Shown: positions 13,660 through 25,649, numbered from the stretch's first letter. The stretch: DNA of 64,000 nt from Octopus bimaculoides (GCF_001194135.2 NC_068990.1:19334606-19398605); one strand, 5' to 3'. Numbers and translations: made by a program. Notes: generated by a model not told the origin, from the sequence alone.

Positions 13660-14066
13660 GTGGCTGTGTGGTAAGTAGCTTGCTTACGAACCACATGCTT
13701 CCGGGTTCAGTCCCACTACGTGGTACCTTGGGCAAGTGTCTTCTACTATAGCTTCGGGCCGACCAAAGCCTTGTGAGTGGGTTTGGTAGACGGAAACTGC
13801 AAAGAAGCCCGTCGTATATATGTATATATATATGTGCGTGTGTATGTTTGTGTGTCTGTGTGTCTGTGCCCCCCCGCCCGACATCCCTTGACAACCGATG
13901 CTGGTGTATTAACGTCCCTGTAACTTAGCAGTTCAGCAAAAGAGACCAATAGAATAAGTACTAGGCTTACAAAGAATAAATCCTGGGGTCGATTTGCTCG
14001 ACTAAAAAGGTGGTGCTCCAGCATGGCCACAGTCAAATGACTGAAACAAGTAAAAGAGTAAAGAGA
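13660..14066 (+). mobile_element. SINE family A, near full-length (~405 bp)
   Basis: A/B-box head, ACCTTGGGCAAGT CORE-like block, (TA)(TG) spacer at about 13815-13862, 3' module ...AATAAGTACTAGG...CTGGGGTCGATTTG...CAGCATGGCCACAGTCAAATGACTGAAAC and a purine tail AAGTAAAAGAGTAAAGAG. Confidence 0.92.
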
Positions 14067-14455
14067 GCAATGCGACTACGATCTGATAGTGACGGTCAAC
14101 TCTACAACCATTCGCTGCTTTCCTTCTTTTAAATATCCCATTACAGTCTATTTGAATTGTGTCGACTCAGCGTGAGACACAACTCAGGAGATCGAATTTC
14201 TCATTGATTCTTTGTCGAAACACATATTAGCAATGTCCAAAACACCAATGCAATTCCATATTGGTGCAATCAGCAACTTCCTGTAATTACTAGTGTAAAT
14301 ATTCATGGTTCCCCCCAAAATATAGCGAAGTATAAATAATATTTCAGAAATATTTCTTCAGACGCTCGTATAACTGCTTCATTACGGTGAAACACTCTTT
14401 TGCAACAACGTCGACTTGCTTCTTATGTGTATGACTGTAGTCTATCTTTAGATTT

Positions 14456-14533
<78 letters not shown>

Positions 14534-16231
14534 ATATACATACACGTGTATATACATATATATANNNNNNNNNNNNNNNNNNNNNNNNNNNNNNNNNNNN
14601 NNNNNNNNNNNNNNNNNNNNNNNNNNNNNNNNNNNNNNNNNNNNNNNNNNNNNNNNNNNNNNNNNNNNNNNNNNNNNNNNNNNNNNNNNNNNNNNNNNNN
14701 NNNNNNNNNNNNNNNNNNNNNNNNNNNNNNNNNNNNNNNNNNNNNNNNNNNNNNNNNNATATATACATGTGTGTATGTCATAATCCCAATACAAGCTTAA
14801 ATTTTCCCTTTCTACTCGAATTAAGGTCAGTCGAGTCATCTACCACTATGTTCCTTTTCTCGAGAATTTCTAATTGTTAAATTTTATCTATATTCACCTG
14901 ATGAAAATGTTTTTTTTTTTTATTCTTTTGCCTGTTGTAAAACTTCTGTTCATCAATAATAAAAAAAAAAACACCATACGTTTGAAACAGCTGTAGTGAA
15001 CCGCAGCCCATGTCTTGTTATGATATACATACGTGTGTGTGTACATACATATTATACATATATATTTAAATTACATGTACATATATAAACGCATACATAT
15101 GTATGATGTAACGATATTCTGGGCCACTGGATAACGCAATTGCATAAACGGTAATGCAGAACATCAGCATTTGAGATTTATACAAATACATATATACAAA
15201 ACTTGTGTAAGGTATTTCCACATCACATTTTCACTCTTTCCATTTGCATATACTAGTAAAATCTCTATTTTTACATTTCGTTCTACTGCAAATTTTTAGT
15301 TTATTTATCTTAATTTAATTTCATTTTATTATTCTTATTGAATTTTACAAGACGAAAACAAAAACAATCAGATATCGGTTTGCTTGACAGCGGAATTTCT
15401 ATACTCGTTAGATTAAATGCTTTGACGATCAATAAAATTTATTTAAAACACATTTCCGTTAAACAAGCTATTGATCATGATTTGATTTGAAAGCATAACG
15501 TAACAACAAGCATACTTTTTCTTCCGTATATTGATTCGTTCTTTGCAAAAACGTTCGTTTATTTTCTTTTATGGTTTTATCTTATTCATATTTTTTTCCT
15601 TCTTGAAGCACGGGTCATCGGATCCACTTCTTGTATTACTCTAATGCAATATTACTCTAGCAATCGTATGTTTTAAGATGAGATGCAAACAGCAATGAAA
15701 GCAAACGGTATTAGTCTTTTGCTGTCGGAATTAAGCGTGAAAGCTCATCGTCTGGAATCTGTTTTATGTCCAAATAAAATTGATTAGATTCTGAGATATT
15801 CCATGAAATTTAAACATTAGTTTTATTTCAAATATATTTTGTTTGTTTATGCGGTAATAAAGAAACAAAAGATGCCCAGTGTAATGTTTTTACTTGATGT
15901 TGAGACTATAAAATCAGCTATGTTTTTAATATAATTAATCCAATATTTCTGATTCTTATTAATATTGGCATCCTGCTGAATTATCACATCATGTTATCCA
16001 GAAATCGATTACAATGACCAGTTAGCTATATAAACGACTAATTTCGCGCTGTTTTGGAAGAAAATGTTCAGAGTTTGGTCATATGATTTCCATTAATATG
16101 GCAGCTATGAATTAATCTCTAAATGTGGGTCGGCATTGTAGCTTAATACGCCAAATTTAATGAAAAAGTTCTTAATCATATTCTGGACTGGTGTAAACAA
16201 TTATTACTAAGTATATTAGTACATATTGTGC

Positions 16232-16232
<1 letters not shown>

Positions 16233-16307
<75 letters not shown>

Positions 16308-16329
16308 CTATCTCTCTATCTCTATCTCC
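16233..16329. repeat. (CT)n(CTAT)n microsatellite, with (GGAT)n(GGTA)n at ~16549-16602
   Basis: Direct reading; borders the gap at 16331-16470. Confidence 0.95.
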
Positions 16330-16679
16330 CNNNNNNNNNNNNNNNNNNNNNNNNNNNNNNNNNNNNNNNNNNNNNNNNNNNNNNNNNNNNNNNNNNNNNN
16401 NNNNNNNNNNNNNNNNNNNNNNNNNNNNNNNNNNNNNNNNNNNNNNNNNNNNNNNNNNNNNNNNNNNNNNTATATATATATATATATGTATATTTAAGTA
16501 TATACATATATGTATATACGTACATTCATACAGGTATCTATCTATTTAGATGGATGGATGGATGGATAGGATAGGTAGGTAGGTAGGTAGGTAGGTAGGT
16601 AGATGGTTCTGCCAATGATAGCGGCTTGCGTGAAGGAAATATAGCGGTAAGCAACAAGGCTCAATATAAAACCTCAAAG

Positions 16680-16870
16680 TTACCAGAAAGAAATGGCATC
16701 AAAAGACGACTTAAAAGATGTGGGATGCATTGCATGGTGCAATCTTGCCCGTACAATAATGGCAGTACAACATAACTTTTTAGTTGCCTTCGAATCTTCT
16801 TGACATTTGAACGTGAAACTGAATGCCAGTATGGAATAACAATTTCCCAGCGAATTTCAGCTTCCTTTTC
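16680..16870 (-). mobile_element. RTE-like LINE reverse-transcriptase relic
   Basis: Minus ORF 16661-16879 contains KKIRRQLKSYVVLPLLYGQDCT, resembling the post-RT motif KxKxxxYKAVVLPxLLYGCExW of RTE/L2-type LINEs. Confidence 0.5.
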
Positions 16871-17948
16871 TACAACCACATTTAACTTGTATCTACCGTC
16901 AGAATCTTCTTTTTCAGTTTGACTTTTCTAGAAAATTTACTTATGCATATATGGTTAAATCTATGCATAGCTTATTGATTTCCATGTGCCCTTTCTTGAT
17001 TAGCTTTCTTGCTTGATCGAAGGTTTTTTTTTGTCCATGCTGACTAAACGTAAATCCATATTGTACCATTCTAACGAGAAGTGATGGAATCAAATGGCAC
17101 GTGTTTCAGTTTGAATCGTTGTGAGAATTGTCTTTGGTTAAAATACATTAATATACAGTCCGATTTCGCATTCAATTTGGTCTTTATTCAGATACAGCAG
17201 CCAATTATCTGTTAAACCATTGCGTTCTAGCTTGCGACATGTTCTTGTATGTATAGTATGAAGCACTAGGAAATTCATTTTCGTTAATTATTGATTTTCC
17301 ATCTATCAGGTAAAGAAATGCTGAGTTAAGATTTTCAATTATTTTCCAATTTAATTAACTACATACTTTATTCGATGTAGATTCAATTGAATTATTAAAC
17401 ATTCTCCGTAGTGCTATGATTTGCCTGATGATTATTCATTACTCTGTGGTGTTTTAAATAATTGAGAGATAGCAACATGCATAACAATAACACACATATA
17501 CACATACACAAAGACAATCACAAGCAATGATGCACACACACACACATACACATAATATATATTCATGCTTATATACATACATACATATATATATAAATAG
17601 TTATATATATATATATAAATANNNNNNNNNNNNNNNNNNNNNNNNNNNNNNNNNNNNNNNNNNNNNNNNNNNNNNNNNNNNNNNNNNNNNNNNNNNNNNN
17701 NNNNNNNNNNNNNNNNNNNNNNNNNNNNNNNNNNNNNNNNNNNNNNNNNNNNNNNNNNNNNNNNNNNNNNNNNNNNNNNNNNNNNNNNNNNNNNNNNNNN
17801 NNNNNNNNNNNNNNNNNNNNNNNNNNNNNNNNNNNNNNNAAGTATGGAAAAAAATTAAATTTTGGAAAAATTAAAAGAAAAGTTTTGAAAAGAATATTTG
17901 CATGGTGTTCAAATACAAGAGGCATTTTCCTTGTTTCTGCCTGTCTCT

Positions 17949-18348
17949 GTCTCTCTTGTTTACTCTTGTGGGTTCGAGGTCGTTGCGAATTCTTGGCAGG
18001 GAAGAAGGAAAAGAAGAAGAAAAAAAGTAGGAGGAGAAGTAGAATGCGGGAGTGCCATGAGAGTAGTAGGATGTTAAATGGTCAAGTGCCCTGAAAGTGA
18101 CTTATTCTCTGTTTAGAATAACACCTACGCAAATTTTATAAACAATACATTCAAAAGAGATGTCTCAAGAATTCAATCACTACTACCATCCACAACAAGT
18201 TACTTTCAGTGCACTTGGCCATTTAACATCCTACTACTCTCATGGCACCCCCGCATTCTTCTTCTCCTCCTACTTTTTTTCTTCTTTTCCTTCTTCCCTA
18301 CCAAGAATTCACAACAACTTCGATCCCACAAGTGTAAACAAGAGAGAC
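17949..18348. repeat. Long inverted repeat (foldback): 155/152-bp arms, 93-bp spacer
   Basis: Arm 1 (17949-18103) is the reverse complement of arm 2 (18197-18348). Manual alignment gave 11 substitutions and one 3-nt (GAA) indel. Confidence 0.95.
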
Positions 18349-18588
18349 TGATGATTCGGCCAGTTAAGCCAGTACAACGATGGTGTAATTGGTGGAAACT
18401 TCTAAGTCGCTGTCAATAGTAAATTTGTACACTACAAAACATAGAGTGACCTATCAGATACATTACAATTGCTATCTTGCCACTGATCATGAACAGACGC
18501 ACGCACGCACACATTTACACGTACATACATACATTAATTCATATATACATACCTATGTGCATATATATACATATATATATATATATAT

Positions 18589-18654
<66 letters not shown>

Positions 18655-20703
18655 NNNNNNNNNNNNNNNNNNNNNNNNNNNNNNNNNNNNNNNNNNNNNN
18701 NNNNNNNNNNNNNNNNNNNNNNNNNNNNNNNNNNNNNNNNNNNNNNNNNNNNNNNNNNNNNNNNNNNNNNNNNNNNNNNNNNNNNNNNNNNNNNNNNNNN
18801 NNNNNNNNNNNNNNNNNNNNNNNNNNNNNNNNNNNNNNNNNNNNNNNNNNNNNNNNNNNNNNNNNNNNNNNNNNNNNNNNNNNNNNNNNNNNNNNNNNNN
18901 NNNNNNNNNNNNNNNNNNNNNNNNNNNNNNNNNNNNNNNNNNNNNNNNNNNNNNNNNNNNNNNNNNNNNNNNNNNNNNNNNNNNNNNNNNNNNNNNNNNN
19001 NNNNNNNNNNNNNNNNNNNNNNNNNNNNNNNNNNNNNNNNNNNNNNNNNNNNNNNNNNNNNNNNNNNNNNNNNNNNNNNNNNNNNNNNNNNNNNNNNNNN
19101 NNNNNNNNNNNNNNNNNNNNNNNNNNNNNNNNNNNNNNNNNNNNNNNNNNNNNNNNNNNNNNNNNNNNNNNNNNNNNNNNNNNNNNNNNNNNNNNNNNNN
19201 NNNNNNNNNNNNNNNNNNNNNNNNNNNNNNNNNNNNNNNNNNNNNNNNNNNNNNNNNNNNNNNNNNNNNNNNNNNNNNNNNNNNNNNNNNNNNNNNNNNN
19301 NNNNNNNNNNNNNNNNNNNNNNNNNNNNNNNNNNNNNNNNNNNNNNNNNNATATATAACACAGTAGAATCTGTAAGTTATGCTCACTGCCAAAAGCAGCA
19401 TACTACGATATAGTTTGGTCGTCTGCCTCACTCATGTAAAGAATGACAAATATAATGATGGATATAGTATCTAATATATTTATGCTTCATGGTTAAAATT
19501 GAACATTCTTGATCGTTTTTCTTTTTCCTTTATTTTTTTTGACATCATTTTCCTAATCACAAGAATAGCATTTCTATTTACCTCGACATTATCTCTTTTA
19601 CCATCTACTTTTCTGTTGCTTGAATGATGCATGACCTGATTGCAGTTAGTTTGTGTTAGTCGTTTACACACTTCAAATAAGTCAACTGGGAAGCATTAAA
19701 ACTAAACATTCACCAACTTATAGAAACAGTTCAACACGTTATGGAAAGTGAATAACGTAGAAAGTTACAATAAACAACAATGTAACATTATATATTTTTA
19801 TTTCCATACATTTGAATTTGCGACTGCGTTGAAAATGTAAGATGTATTTTTTATCCTAGATTGATCTTTGTTTCTTCTGGAGCCACTGTTTATGAAAATA
19901 GCAAATGCATTAACGTTAAAATTATCCCGGTTTTTCTACGACAATATTAGCACTGCAGAATATGTAATTGGAATTCAGATGCGCTAAAGAACTGCAATGG
20001 TTTCATTTTCATTTCGACTTTCGGGTAAAGCTCTTCAACCTCACGAAAACATCTAAGATGTGTAAAGATTGAATGCCAAAATATTTTCATTTCTTTAACT
20101 GATAAAAAAAAATAACAAACATTTCCAAGAATATGATATATTTTTTAATATCTTCATACTCACTTTATATTTAATAGACCAGCAGATTATTACCTCGTTG
20201 AAAAAAAGGAACCTGAACATTTATTTGCAAATAATGGACATATTCAATCGACATCTGTATGAGGGAAACTAAACATGTATATTACTTTGACATTTTTATC
20301 TGAATATATGACACGATATCCGAAATTATTAATGTGGAAATTGTTCTATGATCATCTATTACCTCGGACTATTTTCCAATAAAATATATATATAATGTAT
20401 TTGATTTCAATCAACTCTATATATCTCATCTATATATTTTACTTCATAAATGCAAATATCAAATATGGGAGCTGGGAATTGTATAAGTTGTCTATAAAAA
20501 TATCGTATGAGTCTGATATATCTTTTTGCAAATTATCCATAATTTGCAAACTTCAGTTATCATGGATATGATATGATGTGCAAATATGTGTATTATGTAA
20601 ATGAATTACGCAATTTCGGTAGTTTTTAACAAAATTATTTTATATTCGGCACGATTATCTAAATAGCAAACATCCGTTAGTAATATCATCAGAAAACACT
20701 TAC

Positions 20704-20783
20704 CTGTGACAATGACTTCCATCTGGCAGACAACAAACTTGCTGTCTTCCCGTTGTTCATTAATATGCTTTGCATCTAACAAT
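20704..20783 (-). CDS. Candidate internal coding exon (80 nt, phase 2 to phase 1), product unknown
   Basis: Acceptor AATCAATTTTGTAG and consensus donor CAG|GTAAGT; only one frame is open: (x)LLDAKHINEQREDSKFVVCQMEVIVT(G). No expression or homology data. Confidence 0.4.
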
Positions 20784-22264
20784 CTACAAAATTGATTTTT
20801 TTTTTTATATGGCAATTGTCATTAAATAGTGAAATAAACGTGATGGGAACAAAATGCTAAAACCTATTTTATGGCTTACAGAAGCGATAGAAAATAAAAT
20901 TTTCGTTGTAGGTAACTCGTGTTATAATATATAAGAACAAGCCGAATTATTTCGTATTGATGCCTATACTAGAGGCGCCAAATTTTGAAAGCAAGTTTTA
21001 TTCGTAATTTCTTACATTTATCTTTCAAGAAGCATGCTAAATGTAATTGCAGTGAATCATTTCAAACTGAAAAACAAGACTGTTACGGTTATGGTTTGCA
21101 GAAAATATTGCTTCTAACATTTGACTGAATGGCACAAACGAGAAAAAAACACTAAAATACATTTCAACTACGACTGTACATTTAATGTGATTTTCCACTC
21201 CATATTCCAGAAATTACAACTAGCGTTATATATTGTGCTTTATTTAGCAATATACGTGTTACCTGTAGCATTTGTGCATGGTGTATGAATAACAAAATAA
21301 ATTCAATAATTAATAATAATTGTTTATATTTGCACTGAAAATAGTTGTTACAACAACTATTGCATACACGTGATACTTGTTTCAAACACGTGCATCCGCA
21401 CACTCAAGCCACGTGACATTTCTCCTGTGAAAGATTGGTTAACTAATGGCGTTATAAGTTCGTAAATGTATTCATGCTTACTGATATATAAGTGTGTCCA
21501 TGTTTGCCAGATCACTAATCTATATTAACGGTGAATTGTTCGGGTTTTTACCCGTCCACGAAACGTTAAGTAGCAAGAAAACCTAAGTCAACCGGTTACT
21601 CAGTATATGTGTGCGTGTGTGTATGTTGATATGTGCGTGAATATTTATGTATATGTGCATATGTACGTATGTAGAAATGAGGAATGACGTATGAAAATAA
21701 GAGAAACAGAAATAATTCCGAACAGTCACTGGAATAAATTTGGGAAGCTAAGACATACGAATATCAGATAACACACAAGATCTATTCTCGATTAATTGAC
21801 GTTATATTTGCTTCAAGAGAAGGTGAACAAACACGACGCATCAATTGCTACAAGTTCCAAATGACATTTAAATGATACTACTACTACCTATATTGTTTCT
21901 GTGGAAAGAAGGATGTCTATTAACTTATGCTGCTACCTCAATTGGCCTCATCAAATTATTGTTTTCATATATCGTTTCCAGCCAGGTATAAGACTTAGAT
22001 ATATTAAAAAAAAAAAAAAGAGAATACATATGACCTAGAGTAAGTTCCGTATTTTATGTGTGTTAAGACAGACAATGAATATTCCTTGACGACAGTCAAG
22101 GAATATGAAGTTGGACAATGAAGAACAAGTATTGTTTATTAAGAATGGGATTCAAGTTGGGATGAATGGGATGAAGCTAATACATTTGCTCATAACCGTA
22201 TGAACGAGGGAGAAGAAATGGCTGACATGGTGAGACTTTCAAATCGAATGAGAAATAGTACAGC

Positions 22265-22297
<33 letters not shown>

Positions 22298-22499
22298 GAG
22301 AGAGAGAGAGAAAGTGAGAGACGTATTTTTTTTAGTGTTGGCTTGCAGTAATAGTAGGAATAGTACTAGGAGAAGTCAAACAATCGAAGTTGGTGTATCA
22401 TGTTATCACTTGCCGAGTGATTTGCTAGTGTTTTCTTTCATATGCTCTCTATTGATATTCCGCCATTGTGCCTGTAAGCTATTTAGAGAGGATAATAGC

Positions 22500-22736
22500 A
22501 TAAAGCTCCGTTCCGATTCATATAGACTTATAGGGCCGGTTTCCCTGGCATATGTATTCTCCCCATGGACGGGACGCCGGTTCGTCACAGGTATATTCAC
22601 TTTTGCCAGCTAAGTAGACTGGAGCAAAGGAAAATAACGTGTTTAACCCAAGTAAGCAACGCGTCGCCTGTTCCAGATATCGAAACCACAATCTTACGAT
22701 CATGAGTCCAATCTGCTAACCACTAAACCACACGCC
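22500..22736 (-). mobile_element. V-domain tRNA-derived SINE
   Basis: Minus strand: head GGCGTGTGGTTTAGTGGTTAG...GGTTTCGAT, then TGTGACGAACCGGCGTCCCGTCCATGGGGAG (a V-SINE-like central block shared with 63608-63640) and GGGAAACCGGCCC. Confidence 0.78.
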
Positions 22737-23009
22737 TACAAGTGCAAAACATTAGCATTAGAAAGACTATATATGAGTTTCTAAACCCGATTAAAGATTT
22801 TCACTTACTTCCACCGCAAAGTTTTCGTGAATAATATTCCACTTCACTTTGTCTTATATATTAATCTAACGTGCATTTCGTCATGTAAAAAGATCTTATT
22901 TCAACGCTTATAATTTTGCTGAAGAGGTTTGCATGTCACTTCCTTTTCGAAATAAATGAAAAAACAGTAAGCCGTCTGTTATATTTACGTTCATCTGCGT
23001 GACTAAGAA

Positions 23010-23132
23010 GGTCTCTTTGCAAAGTTGTGGTTTCCGGTTCAGTCCCACTACGCGGATCTATGGTAATATAACTTTTAGTATATCCTTGGGTTGACCAGTG
23101 TCGTCTCAGGTAATTTGGTAGACAGAAACTGT
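23010..23132 (+). mobile_element. SINE family A, degenerate 5' half
   Basis: CCGGTTCAGTCCCACTACG...TTTGGTAGACAGAAACTG matches the family A 5' half. Confidence 0.7.
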
Positions 23133-23134
23133 GC

Positions 23135-23368
23135 GGCGAGCTGGCAGAAACGTTAGCACGCCGGGCCAAATGCTTAGCGGCATTTCGTCTGGCGTTACGT
23201 TCAGAGTTCAAATTCCGCCGAGGTCGACTTTGCCTTTCTTCCTTTCGGGGTCGATAAATTAAGTACCAGTTACGCACTGGAGCCGATGTAATCGACTTAA
23301 TCCCTTCGTCTGTCCTTGTTTCTCCCCTCTATGTTTAGCCCCTTGTGAACAATAGAGGAATAAGAAAC
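23135..23368 (+). mobile_element. SINE family B (B1 tail), well preserved
   Basis: GGCGAGCTGGCAGAAACGTTAG (A-box-like) ... GAGTTCAAATTCC (B-box-like), then GCCGAGGTCGACTTTGCCTTTC...GGGGTCGATAAATTAAGTACCAG and tail ...TGTTTAGCCCC. Confidence 0.92.
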
Positions 23369-23413
23369 TCTGTGTGTGCGCATCACAAACACACACACAC
23401 ACACACAAATATG

Positions 23414-23772
23414 TACGAGGGGTAACCAAATATAACTGGAAACGTTTTCTGTGGGACAACTCCATTGTAGTTAAGGCTTCCGCCACTAGAAGCCGCTTCA
23501 GGCAGCCCTCAGGCATCAATCTACCTACCGGCGCCGAGGAGTGTACTAGTACTGTCACGTGATGCGTCTTTGTTTTGTAGGGCTTCACCCATGTTCGTCG
23601 ATTTTTGCGATGACTGCAACGAAGGAAGAACATGCTTCCGTGAAATTCCGTCTCCATTGCGGAAAACGGCATCGGAAATAGATTTCATGCTTCAAACAAC
23701 TTACAAGGACGCTGCCATGAACAAAACACTAGTTTACGAGTGATTTCCACGCTTTAGGGATGGTCGCTTGAC
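23414..23772 (+). mobile_element. Mariner transposon 5' fragment (TIR + N-terminal HTH pseudogene)
   Basis: TA followed by the TIR-like CGAGGGGTAACCAAATATAAC. From ATG 23610, with one frameshift: MTATKEEHASVKFRLHCGK/TASEIDFMLQTTYKDAAMNKTLVYE*FPRFRDGR, matching the mariner N-terminal pattern GKxAxExxxMLxxxYGDAAMSxxxVYEWFxRFxxGR. Confidence 0.85.
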
Positions 23773-23957
23773 AACTGGTGTTGGCGTGTATATATGTCCC
23801 CGTAACTTAGCGTTTTGGCAAAAGATTTTCGATGGAATAAGTACCAGGTTTTTACAAAATAAACGCTGGGGTCGATTTGTTTCACGAAAAGCCTTCAAGG
23901 CGGTACACCAGCAAGACCGCAGTCAAATGATTGAAAGAAGTAAATGAATAAAAGAAA
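23769..23957 (+). mobile_element. SINE family A, 3' half
   Basis: TGACAACTGGTGTTGG...GTAACTTAGCG...AATAAGTACC...CTGGGGTCGATTTG...GCAGTCAAATGATTGAAAG is collinear with 13890-14060. Confidence 0.85.
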
Positions 23958-24260
23958 TGCTCCAAGCGCATCACATACGAACATTAAATACTTGTAGGGT
24001 ATCTCTGTTTTTATGTTATTTCAATCTTGTCTGACTCATGAAGCAATTTCATTCTTCAGAACCACCCCCACCCGCCCAAAAAGAAAAAAATAATAATAAA
24101 ATAAATAAACAAATAAGTAAATGAAAACAGTCTCCTGCTTAGCTCGGCGATATAGACATTGTACCTTAGTACAAGTATTCAGATTTGTGATGTAAATACA
24201 GTTAATGCTAATGCAATACTTAAAGTGAATAAGTACAAAAAAAAAAAGAAAAGAACTCAC

Positions 24261-24279
24261 TTCCACTTCATTATATCAG
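24261..24279 (-). CDS. Candidate micro-exon (19 nt; may extend in frame toward the gap)
   Basis: CACTTTTATACAG|CTGATATAATGAAGTGGAA|GTGAGT. It ends in phase 2, which is compatible with exon 20704-20783 and gives ...DIMKWK-LLDAKH... Confidence 0.28.
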
Positions 24280-24303
24280 CTGTATAAAAGTGCATTTCTA
24301 TAA

Positions 24304-25302
24304 NNNNNNNNNNNNNNNNNNNNNNNNNNNNNNNNNNNNNNNNNNNNNNNNNNNNNNNNNNNNNNNNNNNNNNNNNNNNNNNNNNNNNNNNNNNNNNNNN
24401 NNNNNNNNNNNNNNNNNNNNNNNNNNNNNNNNNNNNNNNNNNNNNNNNNNNNNNNNNNNNNNNNNNNNNNNNNNNNNNNNNNNNNNNNNNNNNNNNNNNN
24501 NNNNNNNNNNNNNNNNNNNNNNNNNNNNNNNNNNNNNNNNNNNNNNNNNNNNNNNNNNNNNNNNNNNNNNNNNNNNNNNNNNNNNNNNNNNNNNNNNNNN
24601 NNNNNNNNNNNNNNNNNNNNNNNNNNNNNNNNNNNNNNNNNNNNNNNNNNNNNNNNNNNNNNNNNNNNNNNNNNNNNNNNNNNNNNNNNNNNNNNNNNNN
24701 NNNNNNNNNNNNNNNNNNNNNNNNNNNNNNNNNNNNNNNNNNNNNNNNNNNNNNNNNNNNNNNNNNNNNNNNNNNNNNNNNNNNNNNNNNNNNNNNNNNN
24801 NNNNNNNNNNNNNNNNNNNNNNNNNNNNNNNNNNNNNNNNNNNNNNNNNNNNNNNNNNNNNNNNNNNNNNNNNNNNNNNNNNNNNNNNNNNNNNNNNNNN
24901 NNNNNNNNNNNNNNNNNNNNNNNNNNNNNNNNNNNNNNNNNNNNNNNNNNNNNNNNNNNNNNNNNNNNNNNNNNNNNNNNNNNNNNNNNNNNNNNNNNNN
25001 NNNNNNNNNNNNNNNNNNNNNNNNNNNNNNNNNNNNNNNNNNNNNNNNNNNNNNNNNNNNNNNNNNNNNNNNNNNNNNNNNNNNNNNNNNNNNNNNNNNN
25101 NNNNNNNNNNNNNNNNNNNNNNNNNNNNNNNNNNNNNNNNNNNNNNNNNNNNNNNNNNNNNNNNNNNNNNNNNNNNNNNNNNNNNNNNNNNNNNNNNNNN
25201 NNNNNNNNNNNNNNNNNNNNNNNNNNNNNNNNNNNNNNNNNNNNNNNNNNNNNNNNNNNNNNNNNNNNNNNNNNNNNNNNNNNNNNNNNNNNNNNNNNNN
25301 NN
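24304..25302. other. Assembly gap (largest; other large gaps are 18655-19350, 37278-38233, 42900-43497, 3154-3578, 62674-63081)
   Basis: N-runs. Confidence 0.99.
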
Positions 25303-25345
<43 letters not shown>

Positions 25346-25531
25346 TTTATATATATGCAAACATAATTTGATATATGTTTATATGTATCTATATCTATAT
25401 ATACATTTAATGGATATGAACTTTTAGCGAGTTTCTTCGTATATGTATGTATCTAAATACTAACACACACATACAGAGAAAAAATACATATACATATATA
25501 AATATAGATGTGTATGTATTCATATATGTAT

Positions 25532-25566
<35 letters not shown>

Positions 25567-25581
25567 CTCACACCTGCACAG

Positions 25582-25649
25582 ATACCAATATTCTATTCAA
25601 TCGGAATCCGACAGCCACGATAGTCTAAGCCCCCTACCCCCACCTCTAA
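25582..25649 (+). CDS. Candidate coding exon (68 nt, phase 2 to phase 1)
   Basis: TTCTCACACCTGCACAG|...|GTAAGT; the only open frame is YQYSIQSESDSHDSLSPLPPPL. Confidence 0.22.

Noticed and set aside
20704-20783. Reading WKLLDAKH... as a nicotinic/chemotactile receptor loop-C exon
   Set aside because: The following residues lack the beta10-RR/KR-TM1 signature, and no other Cys-loop receptor exons were found.
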